Part shown: positions 37,702-58,700 of the stretch, in pieces | Layout of the letters: each line of letters starts with the position of its first letter | Numbering within the stretch: position 1 is the first letter of the stretch | Assembly: GCA_964016885.1 (NCBI GenBank) | Contig: OZ024742.1 | Span: 24,800,001-24,864,000, forward strand | Direction: 5' to 3' | DNA from: Eledone cirrhosa | Lineage: Eukaryota | DNA: 64,000 bases | Translations under genes and position numbers: made by a program | The notes under the pieces: model-generated | What the model was told of the DNA's origin: nothing | Seen by the model: the letters and a program-made list of their open reading frames with translations, nothing else | The model's database searches: none

Positions 37702-40700
37702 ACACAAACACTCACACACTGGTTGAACATACACATACACTCACACACTGACTGAACATACACATACACTCACACACTCACTGAACATACACATACACTC
37801 ACACACTGACTGAACATACACATACACTCACACACTGACTGAACATACACAAACACTCACACACTGACTGAACATACACAAACACTCACACACTGACTGA
37901 ACATACACAAACACTCACACACTGACTGAACATACACATACACTCACACACTGACTGAACATACACATACACTCACACACTGACTGAACATACACATACA
38001 CTCACACACTGACTGAACATACACATACACTGACACACTGACTGAACATACACAAACACTCACACACTGACTGAACATACACATACACTCACACCCTGAC
38101 TGAACATACACAAACACTCACACACTGACTGAACATACACAAACACTCACACACTGACTGAACATACACATACACTCACACGCTGACTGAACATACACAT
38201 ACACTCACACGCTGACTGAACATACACATACACTCACACACTGACTGAACATACACAAACACTCACACACTGACTGAACATACACATACACTCACACATT
38301 GACTGAACATACACATACACTCACACACTGACTGAACATACACATACACTCACACACTGGCTGAACATACACATACACTCACACACTGACTGAACATCCA
38401 CATACACTCACACACTGGCTGAACATACACATACACTCACACACTGACTGAACATACACATACACTCACACACTAACTGAACATACACAAACACTCACAC
38501 ACTGACTGAACATACACATACACTCACACATTGACTGAACATACACATACACTCACACACTGGCTGAACATACACATACACTCACACACTGACTGAACAT
38601 ACACATACACTCACACACTAACTGGACATACACATACACTCACACATTGACTGAACATACACATACACTCACACACTGACTGAAGATACACATACACTCA
38701 CACACTGACTGAACATACACATACACTCACACGCTGACTGAACATACACAAACACTCACACACTGACTGAACATACACAAACACTCACACACTGACTGAA
38801 CATACACATACACTCACACACTGACTGAACATACACATACACTCACACACTGACTGAACATACACATACACTCACACACTGACTGAACATACACATACAC
38901 TGACACACTGACTGAACATACACAAACACTCACACACTGACTGAACATACACATACACTCACACCCTGACTGAACATACACAAACACTCACACACTGACT
39001 GAACATACACAAACACTCACACACTGACTGAACATACACATACACTCACACGCTGACTGAACATACACATACACTCACACGCTGACTGAACATACACATA
39101 CACTCACACACTGACTGAACATACACAAACACTCACACACTGACTGAACATACACATACACTCACACATTGACTGAACATACACATACACTCACACACTG
39201 ACTGAACATACACATACACTCACACACTGGCTGAACATACACATACACTCACACACTGACTGAACATCCACATACACTCACACACTGGCTGAACATACAC
39301 ATACACTCACACACTGACTGAACATACACATACACTCACACACTAACTGAACATACACAAACACTCACACACTGACTGAACATACACATACACTCACACA
39401 TTGACTGAACATACACATACACTCACACACTGGCTGAACATACACATACACTCACACACTGACTGAACATACACATACACTCACACACTAACTGGACATA
39501 CACATACACTCACACATTGACTGAACATACACATACACTCACACACTGACTGAAGATACACATACACTCACACACTGACTGAACATACACATACACTCAC
39601 ACGCTGACTGAACATACACAAACACTCATACATTGACTGAACATACACATACACTCACACACTGACTAGAACATACACAAACACTCACACACTAACTGGA
39701 CATACACATACAGTCACACATTGACTGAACATACACATTCACTGACACACTGACTGAACATACACATACATTCACACATTGACTGAACATACACATACAC
39801 TCACACACTGACTCAACATACACAAACACTCACACACTGACTGAACATACACATACACTCACACACTGACTGAACATACACATACACTCACACACTGGCT
39901 GAACATACACATACACTCACACACTGGCTGAACATACACATACACTCACACACTGACTGAACATACACATACACTCACACACTGACTGAACATACACATA
40001 CACTCACACATTGACTGAACATACACAAACACTCACACATTGAGTGAACATACACATACACTGACACACTGACTGAACATACACAAACACTCACACACTG
40101 ACTGAACATACACATACACTCACACCCTGACTGAACATACTCAAACACTCACACACTGACTGAACATACACAAACACTCACACACTGACTGAACATACAC
40201 ATACACTCACACGCTGACTGAACATACACATACACTCACACGCTGACTGAACATACACATACACTCACACACTGACTGAACATACACATACACTCACACA
40301 CTGACTGAACATACACAAACACTCACACACTGACTGAACATACACATACACTCACACATTGACTGAATATACACATACACTCACACACTGACTGAACATA
40401 CACATACACTCACACACTGGCTGAACATACACATACACTCACACACTGACTGAACATACACATACACTCACACACTGACTGAACATACACATACACTCAC
40501 ACACTGACTGAACATACACAAACACTCACACACTGACTGAACATACACAAACACTCACACACTAACTGGACATACACATACACTCACACACTGACTGAAC
40601 ATACACATACACTCACACACTAACTGAACATACACAAACACTCACACACTGACTGAACATACACATACACTCACACATTGACTGAACATACACATACACT

Positions 40701-43700
40701 CACACACTGGCTGAACATACACATACACTCACACACTGACTGAACATACACAAACACTCACACACTAACTGAACATACACATACACTCACACATTGACTG
40801 AACATACACATACACTCACACACTGACTGAACATACACATACACTCACACACTGACTGAACATACACATACACTCACACACTGACTCAACATACACAAAC
40901 ACTCACACACTGACTGAACATACACATACACTCACACACTGACTGAACATACACATACACTCACACACTGGCTGAACATACACATACACTCACACACTGG
41001 CTGAGCATACACATACACTCACACACTGACTGAACATACACATACACTCACACACTGACTGAACATACACATACACTCACACATTGACTGAACATACACA
41101 AACACTCACACATTGACTGAACATACACATACACTTACACACTGACTGAACATACACATACACTCACACACTGACTGAACATACACATACACTCACACAC
41201 TGACTGAACATGCACAAACACTCACACATTGACTGAACATACACATACACTCACACACTGGCTGAACATACACATACACTCACACACTGACTGAACATAC
41301 ACATACACTCACACACTGACTGAACATACACATACACTCACACACTGACTGAACATACACATACACTCACACATTGACTGAACATACACAAACACTCACA
41401 CATTGACTGAACGTACACATACACTTACACACTGACTGAACATACACATACACTCACACACTGACTGAACATACACATACACTCACACACTGACTGAACA
41501 TACACATACACTCACACATTGACTAAACATACACAAACACTCACACATTGACTGAACGTACACATACACTTACACACTGACGGAACATACACATACATTC
41601 ACACACTGACTGAACATACACATACACTCACACACTGACTGAACATACACATACACTCACACACTGACTGAACATACTCATACACTCACACACTGACTGA
41701 ACATACACATACACTCACACACTGACTGAACATACACATACACTCACACACTGACTGAACATACACATACACTCACACACTGACTGAACATACACAAACA
41801 CTCACACATTGACTGAACATACACATACACTCACACACTGACTGAACATACACATACACTCACACACTAACTGAACATACACAAACACTCACACACTGAC
41901 TGAACATACTCATACACTCACACACTGACTGAACATACACATACACTCACACACTGACTGAACATACACATACACTCACACACTGACTGAACATACACAA
42001 ACACTTACACATTGACTGAACATACACATACACTCACACACTGACTGAACATACACATACACTCACACCCTGACTGAACATACACAAACACTCACACACT
42101 GACTGAACATACACAAACACTCACACACTGACTGAACATACACATACACTCACACACTGACTGAACATACACATACACTCGCACACTGACTGAACATACA
42201 CATACACTCACACACTGACTGAACATACTCATACACTCACACACTGACTGAACATACACATACACTCACACACTGACTGAACATACACATACACTCACAC
42301 ACTGACTGAACATACACAAACACTTACACATTGACTGAACATACACATACACTCACACACTGACTGAACATACTCATACACTCACACACTGACTGAACAT
42401 ACACATACACTCACACACTGACTGAACATACACATACACTCACACACTGACTGAACATACACATACACTCACACATTGACTGAACATACACATACACACA
42501 CACACTGACTGAACATACACATACACTCACACACTGACTGAACATACACATACACTGACACACTGACTGAACATACACAAACACTCACACACTGACTGAA
42601 CATACACATACACTCACACCCTGACTGAACATACACAAACACTCACACACTGACTGAACATACACAAACACTCACACACTGACTGAACATACACATACAC
42701 TCACACGGTGACTGAACATACACATACACTCAGACGCTGACTGAACATACACATACACTCACACACTGACTGAACATACACATACACTCACACACTGGCT
42801 GAACATACACATACACTCACACACTGACTGAACATACACATACACTCACACACTGGCTGAACATACACATACACTCACACACTGACTGAACATACACATA
42901 CACTCACACACTGACTGAACATACACAAACACTCACACACTGACTGAACATACACAATCACTCACACACTAACTGGACATACACATACACTCACACACTG
43001 ACTGAACATACACATACACTCACACACTAACTGAACATACACAAACACTCACACACTGACTGAACATACACATACACTCACACATTGACTGAACATACAC
43101 ATACACTCACACACTGGCTGAACATACACATACACTCACACACTGACTGAACATACACAAACACTCACACACTAACTGGACATACACATACACTCACACA
43201 TTGACTGAACATACACATACACTCACACACTGACTGACCATACACATACACTCACACACTGACTGAACATACACATACACTCACACGCTGACTGAACATA
43301 CACAAACACTCACACATTGACTGAACATACACATACACTCACACACTGACTGAACATACACATACACTCACACACTGACTGAACATACACATACACTCAC
43401 ACACTGACTGAACATACACATACACTCACACACTGACTGAACATACACATACACTCACACATTGACTGAACATACACAAACACTCACACATTGACTGAAC
43501 GTACACATACACTTACACACTGACTGAACATACACATACACTCACACACTGACTGAACATACACATACACTCACACACTGACTGAACATACACATACACT
43601 CACACACTGACTGAACATACTCATACACTCACACACTGACTGAACATACACATACACTCACACACTGACTGAACATACACATACACTCACACACTGACTG

Positions 43701-46700
43701 AACATACACAAACATTCACACACTGACTGAACATACACATACACTCACACATTGACTGAACATACACATACACTCACACACTGACTGAACATACACATAC
43801 ACTCACACACTGGCTGAACATACACATACACTCACACACTGACTGAACATACACATACACTCACACACTGGCTGAACATACACATACACTCACACACTGA
43901 CTGAACATACACATACACTCACACACTGACTGAACATACACAAACACTCACACACTGACTGAACATACAGAAACACTCACACACTAACTGGACATACACA
44001 TACACTCACACACTGACTGAACATACACATACACTCACACATTGACTGAACATACACAAATACTCACACATTGACTGAACGTACACATACACTTACACAC
44101 TGACTGAACATACACATACACTCACACACTGACTGAACATACACATACACTCACACACTGACTGAACATACACATACACTCACACATTGACTGAACATAC
44201 ACAAACACTCACACATTGACTGAACGTACACATACACTTACACACTGACTGAACATACACATACACTCACACACTGACTGAACATACACATACACTCACA
44301 CACTGACTGAACATACACATACACTCACACACTGACTGAACATACTCATACACTCACACACTGACTGAACATACACATACACTCACACACTGACTGAACA
44401 TACACATACACTCACACACTGACTGAACATACACAAACACTCACACATTGACTGAACATACACATACACTCACACACTGACTGAACATACACATACACTC
44501 ACACACTGACTGAACATACACATACACTCACACACTGGTTGAACATACACATACACCCACACACTGACTGAACATACACATACACTCACACACTGACTGA
44601 ACATACACATACACTCACACACTGACTGAACATACACATACACTCACACACTGACTGAACATACACATACACTCACACACTGACTGAACATACATATACA
44701 CTCACACACTGACTGAACATACACATACACTCACACACTGACTGAACATACACATACACTCACACACTGACTGAACATACACATACACTCACACACTGAC
44801 TGAACATACACATACACTCACACACTGACTGAACATACACATACACTCACACACTGGTTGAACATACACATACACCCACATACTGACTGAACATACACAT
44901 ACACTCACACACTGACTGAACATACACATACACTCACACACTGACTGAACATACACATACACTCACACACTGACTGAACATACATATACACTCACACACT
45001 GACTGAACATACACATACACTCACACACTGACTGAACATACACATACACTCACACACTGACTGAACATACACATACACTCACACACTGACTGAACATACA
45101 CATACACTCACACACTGACTGAACATACACATACACTCACACACTAACTGAACATAGACATACACTCACACACTGGTTGAACATACACATACACTAACAC
45201 ACTGACTCAACATACACATACACTCACACACTGACTGAACATACACATACACTCACACACTGACTGAACATACACAAACACTCACACACTAACTGGACAT
45301 ACACATACACTCACACACTGACTGAACATACACATACACCCACACACTAACTGAACATACACAAACACTTACACACTGACTGAACATATACATACACTCA
45401 CACACTGACTGAACATACACATACACTCACACACTGACTGAACATCCACATATACTCACACACTGACTGAACATACACATACACTCACACACTGACTGAA
45501 CATACTCATACACTCACACACTGACTGAACATACACATACACTCACACACTGACTGAACATACACATACACTCACACACTGACTGAACATACACAAACAC
45601 TCACACACTGACTGAACATACACATACACTCACACATTGACTGAACATACACATACACACACACACTGACTGAACATACACATACACTCACACACTGACT
45701 GAACATACACATACACTGACACACTGACTGAACATACACAAACACTCACACACTGACTGAACATACACATACACTCACACCCTGACTGAACATACACAAA
45801 AACTCACACACTGACTGAACATACACAAACAATCACACACTGACTGAACATACACATACACTCACACGGTGACTGAACATACACATACACTCACACGCTG
45901 ACTGAACATACACATACACTCACACACTGACTGAACATACACATACACTCACACACTGGCTGAACATACACATACACTCACACACTGACTGAACATACAC
46001 ATACACTCACACACTGGCTGAACATACACATACACTCACACACTGACTGAACATACACATACACTCACACACTGACTGAACATACACAAACACTCACACA
46101 CTGACTGAACATACACAAACACGCACACACTAACTGGACATACACATACACTCACACACTGACTGAACATACACATACACTCACACACTAACTGAACATA
46201 CACAAACACTCACACACTGACTGAACATACACATACACTCACACATTGACTGAACATACACATACACTTACACACTGACTGAACATACACATACACTCAC
46301 ACACTGACTGAACATACACATACACTCACACACTGACTGAACATACACATACACTCACACACTGACTGAACATACTCATACACTCACACACTGACTGAAC
46401 ATACACATACACTCACACACTGACTGAACATACACATACACTCACACACTGACTGAACATACACAAACACTCACACATTGACTGAACATACACATACACT
46501 CACACACTGACTGAACATACACATACACTCACACACTGACTGAACATACACATACACTCACACACTGGTTGAACATACACATACACCCACACACTGACTG
46601 AACATACACATACACTCACACACTGACTGAACATACACATACACTCACACACTGACTGAACATACACATACACTCACACACTGACTGAACATACACATAC

Positions 46701-49700
46701 ACTCACACACTGACTGAACATACATATACACTCACACACTGACTGAACATACACATACACTCACACACTGACTGAACATACACATACACTCACACACTGA
46801 CTGAACATACACATACACTCACACACTGACTGAACATACACATACACTCACACACTGACTGAACATACACATACACTCACACACTAACTGAACATAGACA
46901 TACACTCACACACTGGTTGAACATACACATACACTAACACACTGACTCAACATACACATACACTCACGCACTGACTGAACATACACATACACTCACACAC
47001 TGACTGAACATACACATACACTCACACACTAACTGAACATAGACATACACTCACACACTGGTTGAACATACACATACACTCACACACTGACTGAACATAC
47101 ACATACATTCACACACTGACTGAACATACACAAACACTCACACACTAACTGGACATACACATACACTCACAAACTGACTGAACATACACATACACTCACA
47201 CACTAACTGAACATACACAAACACTCACACACTGACTGAACATACACATACACTCACACATTGACTGAACATACACATACACACACACACTGGCTGAACA
47301 TACACATACACTCACACACTGACTGAACATACACATACACTCAGACATTGACTGAACATACACAAACACTCACACACTAACTGAACATACACATACACTC
47401 ACACACTGACTGAATATACACATACACTCACACACTGACTGAACATACACATACACTCACACACTGACTGACCATACACATACACTCACACACTGACTGA
47501 ACATACACATACACTCACACACTGACTGAACATACACATACACTCACACATTGACTGAACATACACAAACACTCACACACTGACTGAACATACACATACA
47601 CTCACACACTGACTGAACATACACATACACACACACACTGACTGAACATACACATACACTCACACACTGACTGAACATACACATACACTCACACACTGAC
47701 TGAACATACACATACACTCACACACTGACTGAACATACACAAACACTCACACACTGACTGAACATACACATACACTCACACACTGACTGAACATACACAA
47801 ACACTCACACACTGGCTCAACATACACAAACTCTCACACACTGACTGAACATACACATACACTCTCACACTGACTGAACATACACATACACTCACACACT
47901 GACTGAACATACACATACACTCACACACTGACTAAACATACACATACACTCACACACTGACTGAACATACACATACACTCACACATTGACTGAACATACA
48001 CATACACTCACACACTGACTGAACATACACATACACTCACACACTGACTGCACATACACATACACTCACACACTGACTGAACATACACAAACACTCACAC
48101 ACTGACTCAACATACACAAACACTCACACACTGACTGAACATACACATACACTCACACACTGACTGAACATACACATACACTCACACACTGACTGAACAT
48201 ACACATACACTCACACATTGACTGAACATACACAAACACTCACACATTGACTGAACGTACACATACACTTACACACTGACTGAACATACACATATACTCA
48301 CACACTGACTGAACATACACATACACTCACACATTGACTGAACATACACAAACACTCACATATTGACTGAACGTACACATACACTTACACACTGACTGAA
48401 CATACACATACACTCACACACTGACTGAACATACACATACACTCACACACTGACTGAACATACACAAACACTCACACATTGACTGAACATACACATACAC
48501 TCACACACTGACTGAACATACACATACACTCACACACTGACTGAACATACACATACACTCACACACTGACTGAACATACACATACACTCACACACTGACT
48601 GAACATACATATACACTCACACACTGACTGAACATACACATACACTCACACACTGACTGAACATACACATACACTCACACACTGACTGAACATACACATA
48701 CACTCACACACTGACTGAACATACACATACACTCACACACTGACTGAACATACACATACACTCACACACTAACTGAACATAGACATACACTCACACACTG
48801 GTTGAACATACACATACACTAACACACTGACTCAACATACACATACACTCACACACTGACTGAACATACACATACACTCACACACTGGCTGAACATACAC
48901 ATACACTCACACATTGATTGAACATACACATACACTCACACACTGACTGAACATACACATACACTCACACACTGACTGAACATACACATACACTGATACA
49001 CTGACTGAACATACACATACACTCACACACTGACTGAACATACACATACACTCACACACTGACTGAACATACTCATACACTCATACACTGACTGAACATA
49101 CACATACACTCACACACTGACTGAACATACACATACACTCACACACTGACTGAACATACTCATACACTCACACACTGACTGAACATACACATACACTCAC
49201 ACACTGACTGAACATACACATACACTCACACACTGACTGAACATACACATACACTCATACACTGACTGAACATACACATACACTCACACATTAACTGAAC
49301 ATACACATACACTCACACACTGACTGAACATACACATACACTCATACACTGACTGAACATACACATACACTCACACATTAACTGAACATACACATACACT
49401 CACACACTGACTGAACATACACATACACTCATACACTGACTGAACATACACATACACTCACACACTGACTGAACATACACATACTCTCACACACTGACTG
49501 AACATACACATACACTAACACACTGACTGAACATACACATACACTCACACACTGACTGACCATACACATACACTCACACATTGACTGAACATACACATAC
49601 ACTCACACACTGACTGAACATACACATACACTCACACATTGACTGAACATACACATACACTCACACACTGACTGAACATACACATACACTCACACACTGA

Positions 49701-52700
49701 CTGAACATACACAAACACTCACACATGACTGAACATACACATACACTCACACACTGACTGAACATACACATACACTCACACACTGGCGGAAACATACACA
49801 TACACTCACACACTGACTGAACATACACATACACTCACACACTGACTGAACATACACATACACTCACACACTGACTGAACATACTCATACACTCACACAC
49901 TGACTGAACATACACATACACTCACACACTGACTGAACATACACATACACTCACACACTGACTGAACATACACATACACTCACACACTGACTGACCATAC
50001 ACATACACTCACACACTGACTGAACATACACATACACTCACACATTGACTGAACAAACACATACACTCACACACTGACTGAACATACACATACACTCACA
50101 CACTGACTGAACATACACATACACTCACACACTGACTGAACATACACATACACTCACACACTGACTGAACATACACATACACTCACACACTGACTGAAAC
50201 ATACACATACTCTCACACACTGACTGAACATACACATACAGTCACACACTAACTGAACATACAGATACACTCACACACTGAGTGAACATACACATACACT
50301 CACACACTGGCTGAACATACATATACACTCACACACTGACTGAACATACACATACACTCACACACTGACTGAACATACATATACACTCACACACTGACTG
50401 AACATACACATACACTCACACACTGACTGAACATACAGATACACTCACACATTAACTGAACATACACATACACTCACACACTAACTGAACATAGACATAC
50501 ACTCACACACTGGTTGAACATACACATACACTCACACACTGACTGAACATACACATACATTCACACACTGACTGAACATTCACAAACACTCACACACTAA
50601 CTGGACATACACATACACTCACAAACTGACTGAACATACACATACACTCACACACTAACTGAACATACACAAACACTCACACACTGACTGAACATACACA
50701 TACACTCACACATTGACTGAACATACACATACACACACACACTGGCTGAACATACACATACACTCACACACTGACTGAACATACACATACACTCACACAT
50801 TGACTGAACATACACAAACACTCACACACTAACTGAACATACACATACACTCACACACTGACTGAATATACACATACACTCACACACTGACTGAACATAC
50901 ACATACACTCACACACTGACTGACCATACACATACACTCACACACTGACTGAACATACACATACACTCACACACTGACTGAACATACACATACACTCACA
51001 CATTGACTGAACATACACAAACACTCACACACTGACTGAACATACACATACACTCACACACTGACTGAACATACACATACACACACACACTGACTGAACA
51101 TACACATACACTCACACACTGACTGAACATACACATACACTCACACACTGACTGAACATACACATACACTCACACATTGACTGAACAAACACAAACACTC
51201 ACACACTGACTGAACATACACATACACTCACACACTGACTGAACATACACATACACTCACACATTCAGTGAACATACACAAACACTCACACACTGACTGC
51301 ACATACACATACACTCACACACTGGCTGAACATACACATACACTCACACACTGACGGAACATATACATACACTCACACACTGACTGAACATACACATACA
51401 CTCACACACTGACTGAACATACACATACACTCACACATTGACTGAACATACACATACACTCACACATTGACTGAACATACACAAACACTCACACACTGAC
51501 TGAACATACACATACACTCACACACTGACTGAACATACACAAACACTCACACACTGGCTCAACATACACAAACTCTCACACACTGACTGAACATACACAT
51601 ACACTCTCACACTGACTGAACATACACATACACTCACACACTGACTGAACATACACATACACTCACACACTGACTGAACATACACATACACTCACACATT
51701 GACTGAACATACACATACACTCACACATTGACTGAACATACACATACACTCACACACTGACTGAACATACACATACACTCACACATTGACTGAGCATACA
51801 CATACACTCACACACTGACTGAACATACACAAACACTCACACACTGACTCAACATACACAAACACTCACACACTGACTGAACATACACAAACACTCACAC
51901 ACTGACTGAACATACACATACACTCACACACTGACTGAACATACACATACACTCACACACTGGCTGAACATACACATACACTCACACACTGGCTGAACAT
52001 ACACATACACTCTCACACTGACTGAACATACACATATTCTCACACACTGACTGAACATACACATACACTCACACATTGACTGAACATACACAAACACTCA
52101 CACATTGACTGAACATACACATACACTTACACACTGACTGAACATACACATACACTCACACACTGACTGAACATACACATACACTCACACACTGACTGAA
52201 CATACACATACACTCACACACTGACTGAACATACACATACACTCACACACTGACTGAACATACACATACACTCACACACTGACTGAACATACACATACAC
52301 TCACACACTGACTGAACATACACATACACTCACACATTGACTGAACATACACAAACACTCACACATTGACTGAACGTACACATACACTTACACACTGACT
52401 GAACATACACATATACTCACACACTGACTGAACATACACATACACTCACACATTGACTGAACATACACAAACACTCACATATTGACTGAACGTACACATA
52501 CACTTACACACTGACTGAACATACACATACACTCACACACTGACTGAACATACACATACACTCACACACTGACTGAACATACACAAACACTCACACATTG
52601 ACTGAACATACACATACACTCACACACTGACTGAACATACACATACACTCACACACTGACTGAACATACACATACACTCACACACTGACTGAACATACAC

Positions 52701-55700
52701 ATACACTCACACACTGACTGAACATACATATACACTCACACACTGACTGAACATACACATACACTCACACACTGACTGAACATACACATACACTCACACA
52801 CTGACTGAACATACACATACACTCACATACTGACTGAACATACACATACACTCACACACTGACTGAACATACACATACACTCACACACTAACTGAACATA
52901 GACATACACTCACACACTGGTTGAACATACACATACACTAACACACTGACTCAACATACACATACACTCACACACTGACTGAACATACACATACACTCAC
53001 ACACTGACTGAACATACACATACACTCACACACTAACTGAACATAGACATACACTCACACACTGGTTGAACATACACATACACTAACACACTGACTCAAC
53101 ATACACATACACTCACACACTGACTGAACATACACATACACTCACACACTGGCTGAACATACACATACACTCACACATTGATTGAACATACACATACACT
53201 CACACACTGACTGAACATACACATACACTCACACACTGACTGAACATACACATACACTGATACACTGACTGAACATACACATACACTCACACACTGACTG
53301 AACATACACATACACTCACACACTGACTGAACATACTCATACACTCATACACTGACTGAACATACACATACACTCACACACTGACTGAACATACACATAC
53401 ACTCACACACTGACTGAACATACTCATACACTCACACACTGACTGAACATACACATACACTCACACACTGACTGAACATACACATACACTCACACACTGA
53501 CTGAACATACACATACACTCATACACTGACTGAACATACACATACACTCATACACTGACTGAACATACACATACACTCACACATTAACTGAACATACACA
53601 TACACTCACACACTGACTGAACATACACATACACTCATACACTGACTGAACATACACATACACTCACACATTAACTGAACATACACATACACTCACACAC
53701 TGACTGAACATACACATACACTCATACACTGACTGAACATACACATACACTCACACACTGACTGAACATACACATACTCTCACACACTGACTGAACATAC
53801 ACATACACTAACACACTGACTGAACATACACATACACTCACACACTGACTGACCATACACATACACTCACACATTGACTGAACATACACATACACTCACA
53901 CACTGACTGAACATACACATACACTCACACATTGACTGAACATACACATACACTCACACACTGACTGAACATACACATACACTCACACACTGACTGAACA
54001 TACACAAACACTCACACATGACTGAACATACACATACACTCACACACTGACTGAACATACACATACACTCACACACTGGCGGAAACATACACATACACTC
54101 ACACACTGACTGAACATACACATACACTCACACACTGACTGAACATACACATACACTCACACACTGACTGAACATACTCATACACTCACACACTGACTGA
54201 ACATACACATACACTCACACACTGACTGAACATACACATACACTCACACACTGACTGACCATACACATACACTCACACACTGACTGAACATACACATACA
54301 CTCACACATTGACTGAACAAACACAAACACTCACACACTGACTGAACATACACATACACTCACACACTGACTGAACATACACATACACTCACACATTCAG
54401 TGAACATACACAAACACTCACACACTGACTGCACATACACATACACTCACACACTGGCTGAACATACACATACACTCACACACTGACGGAACATATACAT
54501 ACACTCACACACTGACTGAACATACACATACACTCACACACTGACTGAACATACACATACACTCACACATTGACTGAACATACACATACACTCACACATT
54601 GACTGAACATACACAAACACTCACACACTGACTGAACATACACATACACTCACACACTGACTGAACATACACAAACACTCACACACTGGCTCAACATACA
54701 CAAACTCTCACACACTGACTGAACATACACATACACTCTCACACTGACTGAACATACACATACACTCACACACTGACTGAACATACACATACACTCACAC
54801 ACTGACTGAACATACACATACACTCACACATTGACTGAACATACACATACACTCACACATTGACTGAACATACACATACACTCACACACTGACTGAACAT
54901 ACACATACACTCACACACTGACTGAGCATACACATACACTCACACACTGACTGAACATACACAAACACTCACACACTGACTCAACATACACAAACACTCA
55001 CACACTGACTGAACATACACAAACACTCACACACTGACTGAACATACACAAACACTCACACACTGACTGAACATACACATACACTCACACACTGACTGAA
55101 CATACACATACACTCACACACTGGCTGAACATACACATACACTCACACACTGGCTGAACATACACATACACTCTCACACTGACTGAACATACACATATTC
55201 TCACACACTGACTGAACATACACATACACTCACACATTGACTGAACATACACAAACACTCACACATTGACTGAACATACACATACACTTACACACTGACT
55301 GAACATACACATACACTCACACACTGACTGAACATACACATACACTCACACACTGACTGAACATACACATACACTCACACACTGACTGAACATACACATA
55401 CACTCACACACTGACTGAACATACACATACACTCACACACTGACTGAACATACACATACACTCACACACTGACTGAACATACACATACACTCACACATTG
55501 ACTGAACATACACAAACACTCACACATTGACTGAACGTACACATACACTTACACACTGACTGAACATACACATATACTCACACACTGACTGAACATACAC
55601 ATACACTCACACATTGACTGAACATACACAAACACTCACATATTGACTGAACGTACACATACACTTACACACTGACTGAACATACACATACACTCACACA

Positions 55701-58700
55701 CTGACTGAACATACACATACACTCACACACTGACTGAACATACACAAACACTCACACATTGACTGAACATACACATACACTCACACACTGACTGAACATA
55801 CACATACACTCACACACTGACTGAACATACACATACACTCACACACTGACTGAACATACACATACACTCACACACTGACTGAACATACATATACACTCAC
55901 ACACTGACTGAACATACACATACACTCACACACTGACTGAACATACACATACACTCACACACTGACTGAACATACACATACACTCACACACTGACTGAAC
56001 ATACACATACACTCACACACTGACTGAACATACACATACACTCACACACTAACTGAACATAGACATACACTCACACACTGGTTGAACATACACATACACT
56101 AACACACTGACTCAACATACACATACACTCACACACTGACTGAACATACACATACACTCACACACTGACTGAACATACACATACACTCACACACTAACTG
56201 AACATAGACATACACTCACACACTGGTTGAACATACACATACACTAACACACTGACTCAACATACACATACACTCACACACTGACTGAACATACACATAC
56301 ACTCACACACTGGCTGAACATACACATACACTCACACATTGATTGAACATACACATACACTCACACACTGACTGAACATACACATACACTCACACACTGA
56401 CTGAACATACACATACACTGATACACTGACTGAACATACACATACACTCACACACTGACTGAACATACACATACACTCACACACTGACTGAACATACTCA
56501 TACACTCATACACTGACTGAACATACACATACACTCACACACTGACTGAACATACACATACACTCACACACTGACTGAACATACTCATACGCTCACACAC
56601 TGACTGAACATACACATACACTCACACACTGACTGAACATACACATACACTCACACACTGACTGAACATACACATACACTCATACACTGACTGAACATAC
56701 ACATACACTCATACACTGACTGAACATACACATACACTCACACATTAACTGAACATACACATACACTCACACACTGACTGAACATACACATACACTCATA
56801 CACTGACTGAACATACACATACACTCACACATTAACTGAACATACACATACACTCACACACTGACTGAACATACACATACACTCATACACTGACTGAACA
56901 TACACATACACTCACACACTGACTGAACATACACATACTCTCACACACTGACTGAACATACACATACACTAACACACTGACTGAACATACACATACACTC
57001 ACACACTGACTGACCATACACATACACTCACACATTGACTGAACATACACATACACTCACACACTGACTGAACATACACATACACTCACACATTGACTGA
57101 ACATACACATACACTCACACACTGACTGAACATACACATACACTCACACACTGACTGAACATACACAAACACTCACACATGACTGAACATACACATACAC
57201 TCACACACTGACTGAACATACACATACACTCACACACTGGCGGAAACATACACATACACTCACACACTGACTGAACATACACATACACTCACACACTGGC
57301 TGAACATACACATACACTCTCACACTGACTGAACATACACATATTCTCACACACTGACTGAACATACACATACACTCACACATTGACTGAACATACACAA
57401 ACACTCACACATTGACTGAACATACACATACACTTACACACTGACTGAACATACACATACACTCACACACTGACTGAACATACACATACACTCACACACT
57501 GACTGAACATACACATACACTCACACACTGACTGAACATACACATACACTCACACACTGACTGAACATACACATACACTCACACACTGACTGAACATACA
57601 CATACACTCACACACTGACTGAACATACACATACACTCACACATTGACTGAACATACACAAACACTCACACATTGACTGAACGTACACATACACTTACAC
57701 ACTGACTGAACATACACATATACTCACACACTGACTGAACATACACATACACTCACACATTGACTGAACATACACAAACACTCACATATTGACTGAACGT
57801 ACACATACACTTACACACTGACTGAACATACACATACACTCACACACTGACTGAACATACACATACACTCACACACTGACTGAACATACACAAACACTCA
57901 CACATTGACTGAACATACACATACACTCACACACTGACTGAACATACACATACACTCACACACTGACTGAACATACACATACACTCACACACTGACTGAA
58001 CATACACATACACTCACACACTGACTGAACATACATATACACTCACACACTGACTGAACATACACATACACTCACACACTGACTGAACATACACATACAC
58101 TCACACACTGACTGAACATACACATACACTCACATACTGACTGAACATACACATACACTCACACACTGACTGAACATACACATACACTCACACACTAACT
58201 GAACATAGACATACACTCACACACTGGTTGAACATACACATACACTAACACACTGACTCAACATACACATACACTCACACACTGACTGAACATACACATA
58301 CACTCACACACTGACTGAACATACACATACACTCACACACTAACTGAACATAGACATACACTCACACACTGGTTGAACATACACATACACTAACACACTG
58401 ACTCAACATACACATACACTCACACACTGACTGAACATACACATACACTCACACACTGGCTGAACATACACATACACTCACACATTGATTGAACATACAC
58501 ATACACTCACACACTGACTGAACATACACATACACTCACACACTGACTGAACATACACATACACTGATACACTGACTGAACATACACATACACTCACACA
58601 CTGACTGAACATACACATACACTCACACACTGACTGAACATACTCATACACTCATACACTGACTGAACATACACATACACTCACACACTGACTGAACATA

